Shown here: positions 45,278 through 55,009 of the stretch, in pieces | Position numbering within the stretch: the first letter of the stretch is position 1 | How the letters are laid out: every line of letters starts with the position of its first letter | Virus record (IMG/VR): IMGVR_UViG_3300038530_003247 | Location: 32,001 to 96,000 of that record | Reading direction: 5' to 3' (one strand) | Source of the DNA: a virus | Lineage: Duplodnaviria > Caudoviricetes | Length of the DNA: 64,000 bases | Notes under the pieces: generated by a model | Told to the model about the DNA's origin: nothing | The model's input: the letters and a program-made list of their open reading frames with translations, nothing else | The model's database searches: none | Position numbers and translations under genes: made by a program

Positions 45278-46148
45278 TCTCAAACAGACAACGTTTATCA
45301 TTCCTCTGAGGATTGACACTGGAGACAGACTTCGTAACGTCATCCTCTCAACTTGCTTTCTTCTTCATCACTTCGACACCACTGTGTTGATCAAGGAAGT
45401 TGATAGTGAGAGGAGGTTTGAAACCTTTGCTCTTCCCATCATCAAGAGACTTGTTGATACAAAGAACCTGGTTCACGTCTTCGAAGAAGATACAAGAACC
45501 GATGATGCCTTCCACAGGACCAAGGTTCTGAATGACATGGTGATGATGTCAAAGACTGACATCGTTGTGAACTATGACACGGACATCATCCTCCCTGTTT
45601 CGAGTTACACAACTGCAGTAGAGATGTTGTCTGGTGAATGTGATGTTGTTTATCCATATAAGTTTGGTGAAAAGGGAGAAAGGAAAGTCAATCTTCCTCT
45701 CACCATTGACACTCAGGAGGACATGGATGAGTTTGAGAACAACGATTGGGTTAAGGAGTTTATCGGGACTGGTTACTCACCAGATCTCCTTAATAAGAAC
45801 GCCTTCTATGCTCGGAATGTAAATGGTATTGGGTGGGCAGAATATGGAATGGTTCAGTTTTTCAACAGACAAGTTTACATTGATGGTTACCTAGAGAACG
45901 AGGGGTTTATCGCGTATGCTCCGGAGGATGTAGAGAGACATCACAGATGGAAGACGTTGGGTTATAATATTGGAAGAGTGGATAGACATGCTTATCACCT
46001 TGAGCATGATAGAACTCAGAACTCATGGTACACTAACCCACATATGGTTAGGAACAATCAACTCTGGGAAGAACTGAAAGTCCTTTCAAAGGAACAATTG
46101 ATTGAGTATTACACACAACAAGATTACGTCAAGGAGAGGTTGGGATGA
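45270..46148 (+). CDS. GT-A glycosyltransferase (GT2/GT7-like)
   Basis: FIIPLR, DTD (DxD), ENEGF..YAPEDVE, YHLEH. Confidence 0.75.
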   Translation: MIDLKQTTFIIPLRIDTGDRLRNVILSTCFLLHHFDTTVLIKEVDSERRFETFALPIIKRLVDTKNLVHVFEEDTRTDDAFHRTKVLNDMVMMSKTDIVVNYDTDIILPVSSYTTAVEMLSGECDVVYPYKFGEKGERKVNLPLTIDTQEDMDEFENNDWVKEFIGTGYSPDLLNKNAFYARNVNGIGWAEYGMVQFFNRQVYIDGYLENEGFIAYAPEDVERHHRWKTLGYNIGRVDRHAYHLEHDRTQNSWYTNPHMVRNNQLWEELKVLSKEQLIEYYTQQDYVKERLG

Positions 46149-46918
46149 AGTTTTGGAACTTAGTTACATTTGCTGATAAGGACAACTCTGTAAAGCAGAA
46201 GTACTTGAATGATTATGCAGAGTCCTTGGGTTTGATAACTCATCCTTTCACTCAAACATGGCTGAAGAAGCAATCTTTTTACAAGGACAACAAAGAGATT
46301 CTGAGTAGTAAGACAGGTGCAGGTTATTGGTTGTGGAAACCTTTCATCATTGCCAACCTGATGGATAAACTCAACGATGGTGAGTTGATTGTTTATTCTG
46401 ATGTTGGTGACATGTTCCATCCAGAACTCTTCCCTTACGTTGAGGATCTGATGGATCCTGATGATCCTTGTCTTCTTTTGATTGGTGGTTTCCCTCAGAA
46501 ACTTCTGACTAAGAGAGACTGCTTTGTTTACATGGATTGTGACGAAGAGGATTACTGGGAGTGTACTCAACTTGAAGGTGGAATGCAGTTCTGGAGAAAC
46601 ACACCAGAGGCAAGAAAGGTTGTGGGTGAGTGGCTGGAAGCATGTACTGATCGAAGGATTCTTACAGATGATGAGAATGTTTCTGGTAAGGAGAACTTTG
46701 ATGGGTTCCGTGGACACTTCCATGACCAGGCAGTTCTGACTAATCTGGCGTGTAAGTATGGTCTCTCTGCCGTCCCTCAACAGGATCAGATTAGACATTA
46801 CCTTGAGTGTAATGTTGATTATTGGTATGAGAGAAATGAGAAGAGTGGGTTTAACATGGGAAGACCGATTGAGTCACTCTTGTTACAACTGAAGGAGGAT
46901 TCTCCACATGCTGCATAG
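46145..46918 (+). CDS. Putative glycosyltransferase-like protein
   Basis: GAGYWLWKPFII, YSD.GD, HDQAVL; cluster context. Confidence 0.55.
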   Translation: MKFWNLVTFADKDNSVKQKYLNDYAESLGLITHPFTQTWLKKQSFYKDNKEILSSKTGAGYWLWKPFIIANLMDKLNDGELIVYSDVGDMFHPELFPYVEDLMDPDDPCLLLIGGFPQKLLTKRDCFVYMDCDEEDYWECTQLEGGMQFWRNTPEARKVVGEWLEACTDRRILTDDENVSGKENFDGFRGHFHDQAVLTNLACKYGLSAVPQQDQIRHYLECNVDYWYERNEKSGFNMGRPIESLLLQLKEDSPHAA

Positions 46919-47711
46919 TATCATTCTCACAGTTCACAATAAAGATTATCTCATTGAGAATGTCATTCGAGGAATCTACGAAAACACAGTGGGTGATTAT
47001 GAACTCATTGTTGTTCTGGATGGTTGTACTGACAACTCAGCATCAGTTGTTGAGAGTGTTGTGAATGATAAGACAACTGTCATTGAAACACCTGATGTTT
47101 TTGAGACCAAGGCAAACAATGCTGGATTGAAATTTGCAGAAGGTGATTATGCCATCATAGTTCAGGATGACATCATCGTTCGTGAACCTGGTTGGAACTT
47201 GAGAATGATGGAACCCTTTGAGGTGTTTGATGATGTGTTTGCCGTCACTGCCAACACAGCACACAACTGGGTTCCCAATCCTCACTCGATTCATCTGGGA
47301 ATGAAGGAAGACCTTGACTCTTGTTGGTGTGACATCCTTCACCACACAGACCATGCACAGAGAAGGAATACTCCAAGAAATGAATTTGCTGTCAGAGCAA
47401 CTGCCAATCGTGGTCCTCTGATAATTGACATGTCTGACCTGAGGAAGTTGAATTATTTTGATGAGGAGTTCGCACCTCAGGACATGGACGATCATGACCT
47501 GATGTTTAGGATGCACAAGGAGTTAAATAAGGTGTGTGGTTGTTATTGGATTGACTTCGAATCAAGAGATGAGTGGGGTGGAACTAGAGTGTCTGGATCT
47601 GTTGCTCCTTGGTTACTGAAGGCAAACCAAAAGAACATGAAACTATTCTATCAAAGACATAAAGATCTTATTGATATGGATTACAACAATGAGAACCGTG
47701 TGATTAAATGA
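46908..47711 (+). CDS. GT2 glycosyltransferase
   Basis: SIILTVHN, VVLDGCTDNS, QDD, FDEEF, DDHDL. Confidence 0.85.
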   Translation: MLHSIILTVHNKDYLIENVIRGIYENTVGDYELIVVLDGCTDNSASVVESVVNDKTTVIETPDVFETKANNAGLKFAEGDYAIIVQDDIIVREPGWNLRMMEPFEVFDDVFAVTANTAHNWVPNPHSIHLGMKEDLDSCWCDILHHTDHAQRRNTPRNEFAVRATANRGPLIIDMSDLRKLNYFDEEFAPQDMDDHDLMFRMHKELNKVCGCYWIDFESRDEWGGTRVSGSVAPWLLKANQKNMKLFYQRHKDLIDMDYNNENRVIK

Positions 47712-48349
47712 CTTATTCTAAGAGATTCAGTAGCAAATTCTTTTCTAAACTTCTTCAACCAGCAGGAAACAATCCTCAGAGAGACAGAGCATCTTCTTTG
47801 GAAATTGTGTTTGAGGAACTCGATAAGAAGAAGATCAAAGACTTTTTTATCGTCGAGACAGGTTGTATGAGACCTGACCATGGACACCTAACCTTTGGTG
47901 ATGATGGTGCCAGCACTTATATCTGGGACGACTTTGTCAATTATTATGAGGGAGATGTTGCATCTGTTGACATCAATCCGGTCAATGTTGATTATGCCAA
48001 TGCTAACACGTCGGATAAGACACAAGTTTACTGTCAGGACTCTGTTGAGTATCTATGGGATCTATCTGAAAAGAGAAAGATTGATTTCCTTTACCTTGAT
48101 TCCTACGATTTCGTTCCTACTGATCCTATTCCTTCACAGCTTCATCATGTGAAAGAACTCTGTGCGTGTATGAAGAACCTCAAGAAGGGAACCATTATTG
48201 CTGTTGATGATCATCTAAACACCCCTGTGTTTGATCAGTATAGATCAACTCTTGCACAGGGTGGAAAGGCAAGGTTTGTTGAAGACTTCATGAACAACAT
48301 TGGAGCAGAACTTCTTCATGATGGGTATCAGATCGTATGGAGACTTTAA
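47708..48349 (+). CDS. Class I SAM methyltransferase-like protein
   Basis: IVETG, SVDI, DS, IDFLYLDS, IAVDD. Confidence 0.6.
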   Translation: MTYSKRFSSKFFSKLLQPAGNNPQRDRASSLEIVFEELDKKKIKDFFIVETGCMRPDHGHLTFGDDGASTYIWDDFVNYYEGDVASVDINPVNVDYANANTSDKTQVYCQDSVEYLWDLSEKRKIDFLYLDSYDFVPTDPIPSQLHHVKELCACMKNLKKGTIIAVDDHLNTPVFDQYRSTLAQGGKARFVEDFMNNIGAELLHDGYQIVWRL

Positions 48350-48771
48350 CTTTAAGATATGATGGTGACCCTTGTCTAAGGAGAGTGTCCCATAAAGTGA
48401 AGTACTTTGATGAGCCTTTGAATGTCCTTTTGGGTGAGATGAGAAGGATTATCAAAACTGAGAATGGTGTTGGTCTCGCTGCACCTCAGGTTGGTGTCAA
48501 CACAAGAGTTATTCTTGTGATTGATAATGACATTACTGAGATGATTAACCCTGAGATCACTTGGACATCTTCTGAGTTTGTTATGATGGAAGAAGGATGT
48601 CTGAGTGTTCCTGATCACTATATTGACATCGAAAGACCGAGAGAGATCAAGGTCAAGTTTCAAACAAGAGATGGTAAGTATAAGAAGTGGAAATTGAAAG
48701 GACTCCAAGCAAGGATTGTTCTACATGAGGTTGATCATTTAGATGGGAAGTTGATGACGGACTATGAGTGA
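48337..48771 (+). CDS. def: Peptide deformylase
   Basis: GVGLAAPQVG, EGCLS, HEVDH. Confidence 0.93.
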   Translation: METLTLRYDGDPCLRRVSHKVKYFDEPLNVLLGEMRRIIKTENGVGLAAPQVGVNTRVILVIDNDITEMINPEITWTSSEFVMMEEGCLSVPDHYIDIERPREIKVKFQTRDGKYKKWKLKGLQARIVLHEVDHLDGKLMTDYE

Positions 48772-49525
48772 TGTTTTATTGAGACCATGGCATGGAGGCC
48801 TGGGGGATCACCTTCAGTTTTCTACGTTGCCTGAAGAGTTTCACAAACAACAAGGAAGAAAGACTTATCTTCTCGATGGAGCAGAGTTCCGTAATGAGGA
48901 GATTTATAAACTCGTCTGGGAACATAATCCTTATGTCTTGGATGTGAAGGAAGGTGAGTGGAACGCTGGTGACCTCCCTCACTTTGACATGTCAGAGTGT
49001 AAGACCGGGAACTGGATTAGTAACTGGGAGAGGCTTCATGGTCTCGAACCAACAAACACAAGACCAAAGATTTATTATGAACCACAAAAGGTTGATGGTC
49101 TCAGTGATACTATCTTAGTGGATCTTTCAAGTATCTCTATCAGTCATGATGGAAAGGTTCTTGGTTATACCGTGGAGGAAATTGATAAGACATTTAAAAA
49201 GGTACACAAAATTTTTTCTGGCAAGAAATTCGTCTCTATAAGCTTCAAAAACTACATCGCAGATGACATCAACAGGTTCGAACCAGAAGTGGATGGGACT
49301 CTGGAGATCGAGAGTATCTTTCACTACTGTGATGTGATTCGATCTTCGTTTGGTATCTGTTGTCTTTACAGTGGACCAATGGTTCTCTCGACGGCAATTC
49401 AAAGGTTCAACCCAGACTTGAAGATCTTCTGTATTACTTCACCGCTCACATTTAACAGTGACAGAATTCAGAAACAAGGGATGTTTTATTTCCCTGAGTA
49501 TGTTGATTACATGGTAACAGAATGA
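48764..49525 (+). CDS. Hypothetical protein, possibly GT-B/GT9-like
   Basis: N-terminal GGLGD..QFSTLP, SGP near C-terminus. Confidence 0.5.
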   Translation: MSDVLLRPWHGGLGDHLQFSTLPEEFHKQQGRKTYLLDGAEFRNEEIYKLVWEHNPYVLDVKEGEWNAGDLPHFDMSECKTGNWISNWERLHGLEPTNTRPKIYYEPQKVDGLSDTILVDLSSISISHDGKVLGYTVEEIDKTFKKVHKIFSGKKFVSISFKNYIADDINRFEPEVDGTLEIESIFHYCDVIRSSFGICCLYSGPMVLSTAIQRFNPDLKIFCITSPLTFNSDRIQKQGMFYFPEYVDYMVTE

Positions 49526-50181
49526 ACAACAGAGTTTTTATTACAGGGTGTGGGAGTGGACTCGGTAAGTCTCTTTATTTGAAAGCAAGTGGGACTTCCG
49601 CGGTCTTCCCCCATTATCGTAAAGGAGACCCAACAATTGCAAGATTGATTGGAGACCTGAGAGACACTGACTTTCCTGATAAGGTAGATGAGTTTATTCG
49701 TCGGTCTGACATCAATGTGTTTATCAATAACGCTGGTGTGCATCTGAATAAGTCTCCAAGAAAAACAACAGATGAAGAAGTGGATGAGGTGATTGAGAGT
49801 AATCTGACTTCACAAATCAAAGTTATCAACAGAGTTTACAATTACTTTGTTGAGAAGAACAATGGAATGATTATCAACATCAACTCTCTGTGTGTCAGAC
49901 ATCCATCACCGACAGAGAGTGTTTATTGTGCTTCTAAGTTTGGTCTGTTAGGTTTCTCAAAGGCACTTCAGATTGACGCTCTGGGACGAAACGTGGAGAT
50001 TGTTGATATCTTCCCTGGAGCAGTTCAAACAAGAATGACAAGAAACAGAGACAATTATGAAACTCTGATGTCCGCTGATGAGGTGGCAGAGGAGGTTGTT
50101 TCCCTTCTTGATAAAAGAGGGAAAACGTTCTATAATAGTGAAGTGGTACTTAGAAAGAGAAATGAAAGCAGCGGTTCTTGA
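49522..50181 (+). CDS. Short-chain dehydrogenase/reductase
   Basis: TGCGSGLG, INNAG, YCASK, PG.V.T. Confidence 0.9.
   Translation: MNNRVFITGCGSGLGKSLYLKASGTSAVFPHYRKGDPTIARLIGDLRDTDFPDKVDEFIRRSDINVFINNAGVHLNKSPRKTTDEEVDEVIESNLTSQIKVINRVYNYFVEKNNGMIININSLCVRHPSPTESVYCASKFGLLGFSKALQIDALGRNVEIVDIFPGAVQTRMTRNRDNYETLMSADEVAEEVVSLLDKRGKTFYNSEVVLRKRNESSGS
50108..50136 (+). promoter_or_regulatory. Internal sigma70 promoter for the downstream sugar sub-operon
   Basis: TTGATA-N17-TATAAT at the 3' end of the SDR gene. Confidence 0.6.
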
Positions 50182-51175
50182 GAAGCTGAACTCACCACTG
50201 ACAGTCCGGGAGGTTGAACTGACTCCCCTGTCGATCGGTCAAGTTCTTGTACGGGTACTGACAAGTGGAATCTGTGGAGCACAACTCCATGAGATCAAAG
50301 GTTATAAGGGAAACAAGAAGTTTCTTCCACATCTGATGGGTCATGAGGGGTGTGGAATTGTTGAGTCTGTTGGTCTGGGTGTCAATACTGTGGAGGTTGG
50401 TGATAAGGTTGTGATGCATTGGAGACCAGGTGATGGAATTGAATCACCGTTTCCTTCTTACATGCTTGATGGGAAGAGAATCTCAAGTGGAAAGGTGACG
50501 ACACTCAGTGAGTATTCGATTGTCTCTGAGAACCGACTGACCAAGATTGATCCCAAGACACCAACGGTCTTGGCTGCGATGTTGGGTTGTTCGATGACCA
50601 CAGCTCTAGGTCTAATTGATAATGAGATCAACCTGAAGTTTGGTGAAAGTGTTGCTGTCATTGGTTGTGGTGGGGTGGGACTCAATCTCATTCAGGGATT
50701 GAAGATGAAAGGAGCACATGAGATCTTTGGTGTTGATGTCAATGAGTCACTGGGTGACATGGTTCTGGATCTTGGAGCTGATTACTTCCTCTACAATGTT
50801 GAGGCTCTTCGTAATGTGGATGTTGTGATTGACACCACTGGTAACCCATCTGTAATTGGTAAGTCATATGAGAGGCTAAATCCTAGTGGTCGTTTGATTC
50901 TTGTGGGTCAACCAGCACCAAAGATGGCGATTGCAATTCCAAATGCAGTCTCTATGTTCGAGGGGTCTGGAAAAACTATCAAGGCAACACAGGGTGGAAT
51001 GACAAATCCAACTGTGGATATTCCTCGTTACATCAACTTGGCACTTGCTGGAAAACTGGAATACGAGAGTATTCATACTCACACATATACACTGGATGAA
51101 GTGAATGACGCATTTGACCTCCTTCGAAGTGGAAATGCTGGAAGGATTATGATCAAGATTGGAGAAGAACAATGA
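50162..51175 (+). CDS. Zn-binding (MDR) dehydrogenase
   Basis: GIC, GHEG, GCGGVG. Confidence 0.9.
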   Translation: MKAAVLEKLNSPLTVREVELTPLSIGQVLVRVLTSGICGAQLHEIKGYKGNKKFLPHLMGHEGCGIVESVGLGVNTVEVGDKVVMHWRPGDGIESPFPSYMLDGKRISSGKVTTLSEYSIVSENRLTKIDPKTPTVLAAMLGCSMTTALGLIDNEINLKFGESVAVIGCGGVGLNLIQGLKMKGAHEIFGVDVNESLGDMVLDLGADYFLYNVEALRNVDVVIDTTGNPSVIGKSYERLNPSGRLILVGQPAPKMAIAIPNAVSMFEGSGKTIKATQGGMTNPTVDIPRYINLALAGKLEYESIHTHTYTLDEVNDAFDLLRSGNAGRIMIKIGEEQ

Positions 51176-52383
51176 GAAAACAATGGACTAAACAGGAACT
51201 GATTGACTTTGAGAGTGAGATTGGTGTTCTTTATGAGAACAACCAACTCCCCTTCTTGTTTCACCTCTCAGGAGGAAATGAAGATCAACTCATTGATATC
51301 TTCAGTCAAATTAATGAAGGAGACTGGGTGATTTCGAATCACAGAAGTCACTATCATGCACTTCTTCATGGCATTCCTCCTGAGATTGTCAAACAAAGAG
51401 TCATTGATGGACGAAGTATGTTCATCTACGATAAACAACGGAAGTTCTTTGTCTCTGCCATCATTGGTGGAACTCCTGCCATTGCTGCTGGAATTGCCTG
51501 GGCATTGAAGAAGAAAGGAAGTCAGAATAAGGTCTGGTGTTTCATTGGTGATGGAACAGAGGATAATGGACATCTGTTTGAGGCTGCTCGTTATGTTGAT
51601 GGTTGGAATCTTCCTTGTAACTTTGTGATCGAGAGTAACAATCGATCTGTGGAGGCATCCAATGAGGACCGTTGGGGAACTCAATCAAACCTTCAGTGGA
51701 ACTTTGATTGTGTGACCAAGTATGAATATGAATGTTCTTATCCTCACTGTCGTAAGCCTGGAATGATTGACCTGGAGGAGGCTCTGAAGGTCAAGAAGAC
51801 TGATAAAGAGTACTTCCCTCCCCTTCCTGACTTTAAGTATCCTGACCTCTCTTCAAAGGTCCTGGAGGACAAACCCACTTACAAGGAGGGTGTCAAGAGA
51901 TCAATGCAGAAACTGGCTGAGAGAGGTGCCATCTTCATTGGTTACAACGTCAAGTATGGAAAGGCAATGGGAACACTTGAGGGTGTTCCTGATGACCAAC
52001 TGGTGGAGACACCAGTTGCAGAGAACCTGATGTCAGGACTGGCCATCGGAATGAGTTTCGAAGGTTTCCTTCCTGTCATTTACTTTGAACGACATGACTT
52101 TATGTTGGTGGCAGCAGACGCCATTGTGAATCACATTGATAAGATTGAACGCATTTCTCATGGTGAGTTCAAGGTTCCTGTTATAATGAGAGCTGTGACC
52201 GCAGACGCTGGTCCATTCTACTCTGGTCCAACTCACTCACAGAACCTAACAGAAATGTTTAGACGAGCTGTTGACTTCCCTGTCATCTGTCCTCAGGATG
52301 GTCTTGGTGTGATTTGGGCTGTGGATGGAGCACTTGCAAGTGGTCAACCCATGATGTTGATTGAGAAGAAATCACTTTACTGA
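51172..52383 (+). CDS. ThDP-dependent enzyme: E1-alpha-like domain fused to a pyrimidine-binding (E1-beta N-terminal) domain
   Basis: HLSGG.E, HRSHYH, GDG...ESNN, ETPVAEN, GPTHSQ; no beta C-terminal domain. Confidence 0.82.
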   Translation: MRKQWTKQELIDFESEIGVLYENNQLPFLFHLSGGNEDQLIDIFSQINEGDWVISNHRSHYHALLHGIPPEIVKQRVIDGRSMFIYDKQRKFFVSAIIGGTPAIAAGIAWALKKKGSQNKVWCFIGDGTEDNGHLFEAARYVDGWNLPCNFVIESNNRSVEASNEDRWGTQSNLQWNFDCVTKYEYECSYPHCRKPGMIDLEEALKVKKTDKEYFPPLPDFKYPDLSSKVLEDKPTYKEGVKRSMQKLAERGAIFIGYNVKYGKAMGTLEGVPDDQLVETPVAENLMSGLAIGMSFEGFLPVIYFERHDFMLVAADAIVNHIDKIERISHGEFKVPVIMRAVTADAGPFYSGPTHSQNLTEMFRRAVDFPVICPQDGLGVIWAVDGALASGQPMMLIEKKSLY

Positions 52384-52384
52384 T

Positions 52385-53128
52385 ATGACAAAGAAACGTA
52401 TTCTTGTTATTGGTGACAGTTGTAGAGACGTTTACACTTATTGTGAGGCTTCACGTCTGGCTCCGGATCGTCCGGTCCCAGTCTTGGAGCCTGTTCATGT
52501 AGATAAGATGCCTGGGATGGCAATGAATGTCTATGAGAACTTGATTAAGATGACATCAAAGAGTAGTGTGGACATCGTCACAAACTCTAACTGGAAGTCA
52601 ATTCGTAAAGAACGATTTGTTGATTCCAAGAGTAACCACATGTTTATTCGTGTGGACCATGGTGAAGAGGTTGAGAGGTGTGATGTGAGTCAGCTCAACC
52701 TTGATTATGATTGCATTGTTATTTCAGATTACGATAAAGGTTTTCTCACAGAAGCTGACATTGATGAGATCTGTCGGAAACATGACAACGTGATTCTTGA
52801 TACAAAGAAACAACTGGGTGTCTGGGCAACAGATGCAACATGGATTAAGATCAATCAACATGAGTATGAGAGGTCAGAAGTCTTCATAAGGAGATACATG
52901 CCAAACAACATCATCAAGACCCTTGGTGGTGAGGGGTGTGAGTATGGTGGAGAAGTTTATCCTGTACTAAAAAAGAAACAAGTTATTGATGTTTCTGGTG
53001 CTGGTGACACCTTCTTGGCTGCTTTCGTGGTAAGATGGTGTCAAGATAGAGATGTAGTTGGTGCAATCAAAGTTGCCAATCACATGGCATCCAAAGTCGT
53101 ATCTAAAAGAGGAACAAGCACACCATGA
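52385..53128 (+). CDS. PfkB/HldE(RfaE-I)-like sugar kinase
   Basis: IGD..RD, RLAP..PVPV, PG.A.NV, SDYDKG, DVSGAGDTF. Confidence 0.85.
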   Translation: MTKKRILVIGDSCRDVYTYCEASRLAPDRPVPVLEPVHVDKMPGMAMNVYENLIKMTSKSSVDIVTNSNWKSIRKERFVDSKSNHMFIRVDHGEEVERCDVSQLNLDYDCIVISDYDKGFLTEADIDEICRKHDNVILDTKKQLGVWATDATWIKINQHEYERSEVFIRRYMPNNIIKTLGGEGCEYGGEVYPVLKKKQVIDVSGAGDTFLAAFVVRWCQDRDVVGAIKVANHMASKVVSKRGTSTP

Positions 53129-53931
53129 TGTCAATCATAACCGGACATAAAGGTTTCATTGGACAGAACCTCTATAACACTCTGAAGGTCATGGGTCATG
53201 ATCCTATTGGGATTGAGATTAAAAATGCTTGGAATTTCATAGAGAACTTTAATGACTGGAAAAATGTAAGTGCTGTTTATCACCTTGGTGCAATCTCCGA
53301 TACAAGGGAGACTGATCTCGATAAGATTTACAATTACAACATTGACTTCAGTCGAGCTTTATTTGAAGCTTGTGCTATGAATGGAGTTACTGTAAAGACT
53401 GCATCATCGGCAAGTGTGTATGGTAACCTTGTTCATGAGATCAATCCTCTCAATTATTATGCTCTGTCTAAACTGACGATGGATTATTGGATTGAAGATC
53501 ACATTTCACACTTCCCTTTGATCCAATCATTCAGGTTCTTCAATGTTTATGGAGACGGTGAGGAAGATAAGGTCAGGAAAGGAACAGCTTCTCCTGTCTC
53601 GACATTCATTCACCAGGCAAAGACCAAAGGATTTGTCAAAGTCTTTAGGGGGTCAGAGGACTTCATGAGAGACTTTGTTTGTGTGAGAGATGTTGTCTCT
53701 CTGATGATCAAGAACAATGAAAAAAGTGGTGTTTATGATCTTGGAACAAGTAATCCAATCTCATTTCAGATGGTGGCAGAGTTGGTCTGTGCGAAGTATG
53801 GAGCAAAGATAAAGGAAGTCCCTTTTCCTAAAGACTTGGATGGTAAGTATCAGATCTTCACCTCAGCCAAGAGGGATTTCAAACACAACTTTATCACCGT
53901 GAGAGATTACCTGGAGTCAATTCATGAGTAA
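53125..53931 (+). CDS. hldD: ADP-L-glycero-D-manno-heptose 6-epimerase-like
   Basis: TGHKGFIG, HLGAISDT, ASSASVYG, PLNYYALSK, FFNVYG, GKYQ.FT.A. Confidence 0.8.
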   Translation: MMSIITGHKGFIGQNLYNTLKVMGHDPIGIEIKNAWNFIENFNDWKNVSAVYHLGAISDTRETDLDKIYNYNIDFSRALFEACAMNGVTVKTASSASVYGNLVHEINPLNYYALSKLTMDYWIEDHISHFPLIQSFRFFNVYGDGEEDKVRKGTASPVSTFIHQAKTKGFVKVFRGSEDFMRDFVCVRDVVSLMIKNNEKSGVYDLGTSNPISFQMVAELVCAKYGAKIKEVPFPKDLDGKYQIFTSAKRDFKHNFITVRDYLESIHE

Positions 53932-54334
53932 AATCGTATGGACAAATGGATGTTTTGACATCCTCCACCCTGGTCATATCGAACTCTTTAAGATTGGAAA
54001 GACACTTTCCAATGGAGGTAAGTTGATCGTTGGTCTTGATTATGACGAGAAGGTGAAGGTGGATAAGGGTGCCGAGAGACCCATCAACACTTTTCAAGAC
54101 AGAAAGATCATGCTAGAATGCATTAAATATATTGATGTGGTTCTTGGATTTGGATCAAGAAAAGAACTTGAAGACCTTATTGAGTTACACAGACCTGACA
54201 TTCTAATTGACGGAGGAGAATGGCGCCATGATGGAGTGGGACGAGAATTTGCGAAGGAAACTCGGTTTTTCAATCGGATCGGAGGATATTCCTCCAGTGA
54301 AATCATCGAAAGAATCCGCAGCGGATCCAATTAA
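53924..54334 (+). CDS. HldE(RfaE-II)-like nucleotidylyltransferase
   Basis: TNGCFDILHPGH, KG..RPIN, GYSSSEII. Confidence 0.85.
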   Translation: MSKIVWTNGCFDILHPGHIELFKIGKTLSNGGKLIVGLDYDEKVKVDKGAERPINTFQDRKIMLECIKYIDVVLGFGSRKELEDLIELHRPDILIDGGEWRHDGVGREFAKETRFFNRIGGYSSSEIIERIRSGSN

Positions 54335-54671
54335 GTTTGTTCCCAAAGGTTGGGGATACGAAAAGTGGATCGCCAACGGGCCTGAATACTGTGGTAAGCT
54401 TTTGTTTATTGCAAAGGACAGGAAATGTTCATGGCACTATCATGAACTGAAAGATGAGGTCTTCTTCATTTACAAAGGTGCCATTGAGGTTTATCATTCT
54501 ACTGGGGACAGTCTTGAGAGTGCAGATATGACTCTCCTGGGTCCCGGTGAGAAGTTTCATGTTCCTCGTGGGATGAGACACCAGATGGTTGCTCTTGCTG
54601 ATACAGAGTTGTTTGAGTTTAGTACTCAACACTTTGATTCAGATTCTCACAGAATTATCAAAGGAGATTGA
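54228..54671 (+). CDS. Cupin sugar-isomerase-like protein (start uncertain)
   Basis: KGWGYE.W, YCGKLL, SWHYH..KDE.F, H.M, EFST. Confidence 0.75.
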   Translation: MMEWDENLRRKLGFSIGSEDIPPVKSSKESAADPIKFVPKGWGYEKWIANGPEYCGKLLFIAKDRKCSWHYHELKDEVFFIYKGAIEVYHSTGDSLESADMTLLGPGEKFHVPRGMRHQMVALADTELFEFSTQHFDSDSHRIIKGD

Positions 54672-55009
54672 TGAAAAGGTATTGTATTGACATTGACGGT
54701 ACAATCTGTACCCCCACAGTTGGTAGAGATTATGAATCCGCTAAACCTTTTCCTGAAAGGATTGCAAGTATCAATGAGATGTATGATCAAGGACATTACA
54801 TCATCTTCTTTACTGCAAGGGCGATGGGTCGATTCTGTGGTGACCCTGACGACAGACAGAAAGCTGAGGATCTTATGAGAGATCTCACAGAGAAACAACT
54901 TGAGAAGTGGGGAGTGAAGTATCACGAACTTCTTTTCGGTAAACCACACGCCGATGTTTTCATCGACGACAAAGCTGTAAGTGACAAGGATTGGTTCTGT
55001 TATGGTTAG
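54671..55009 (+). CDS. HAD-family (capsule biosynthesis-type) phosphatase
   Basis: DIDGTI, FTAR, GKP, FIDDKA. Confidence 0.82.
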   Translation: MKRYCIDIDGTICTPTVGRDYESAKPFPERIASINEMYDQGHYIIFFTARAMGRFCGDPDDRQKAEDLMRDLTEKQLEKWGVKYHELLFGKPHADVFIDDKAVSDKDWFCYG

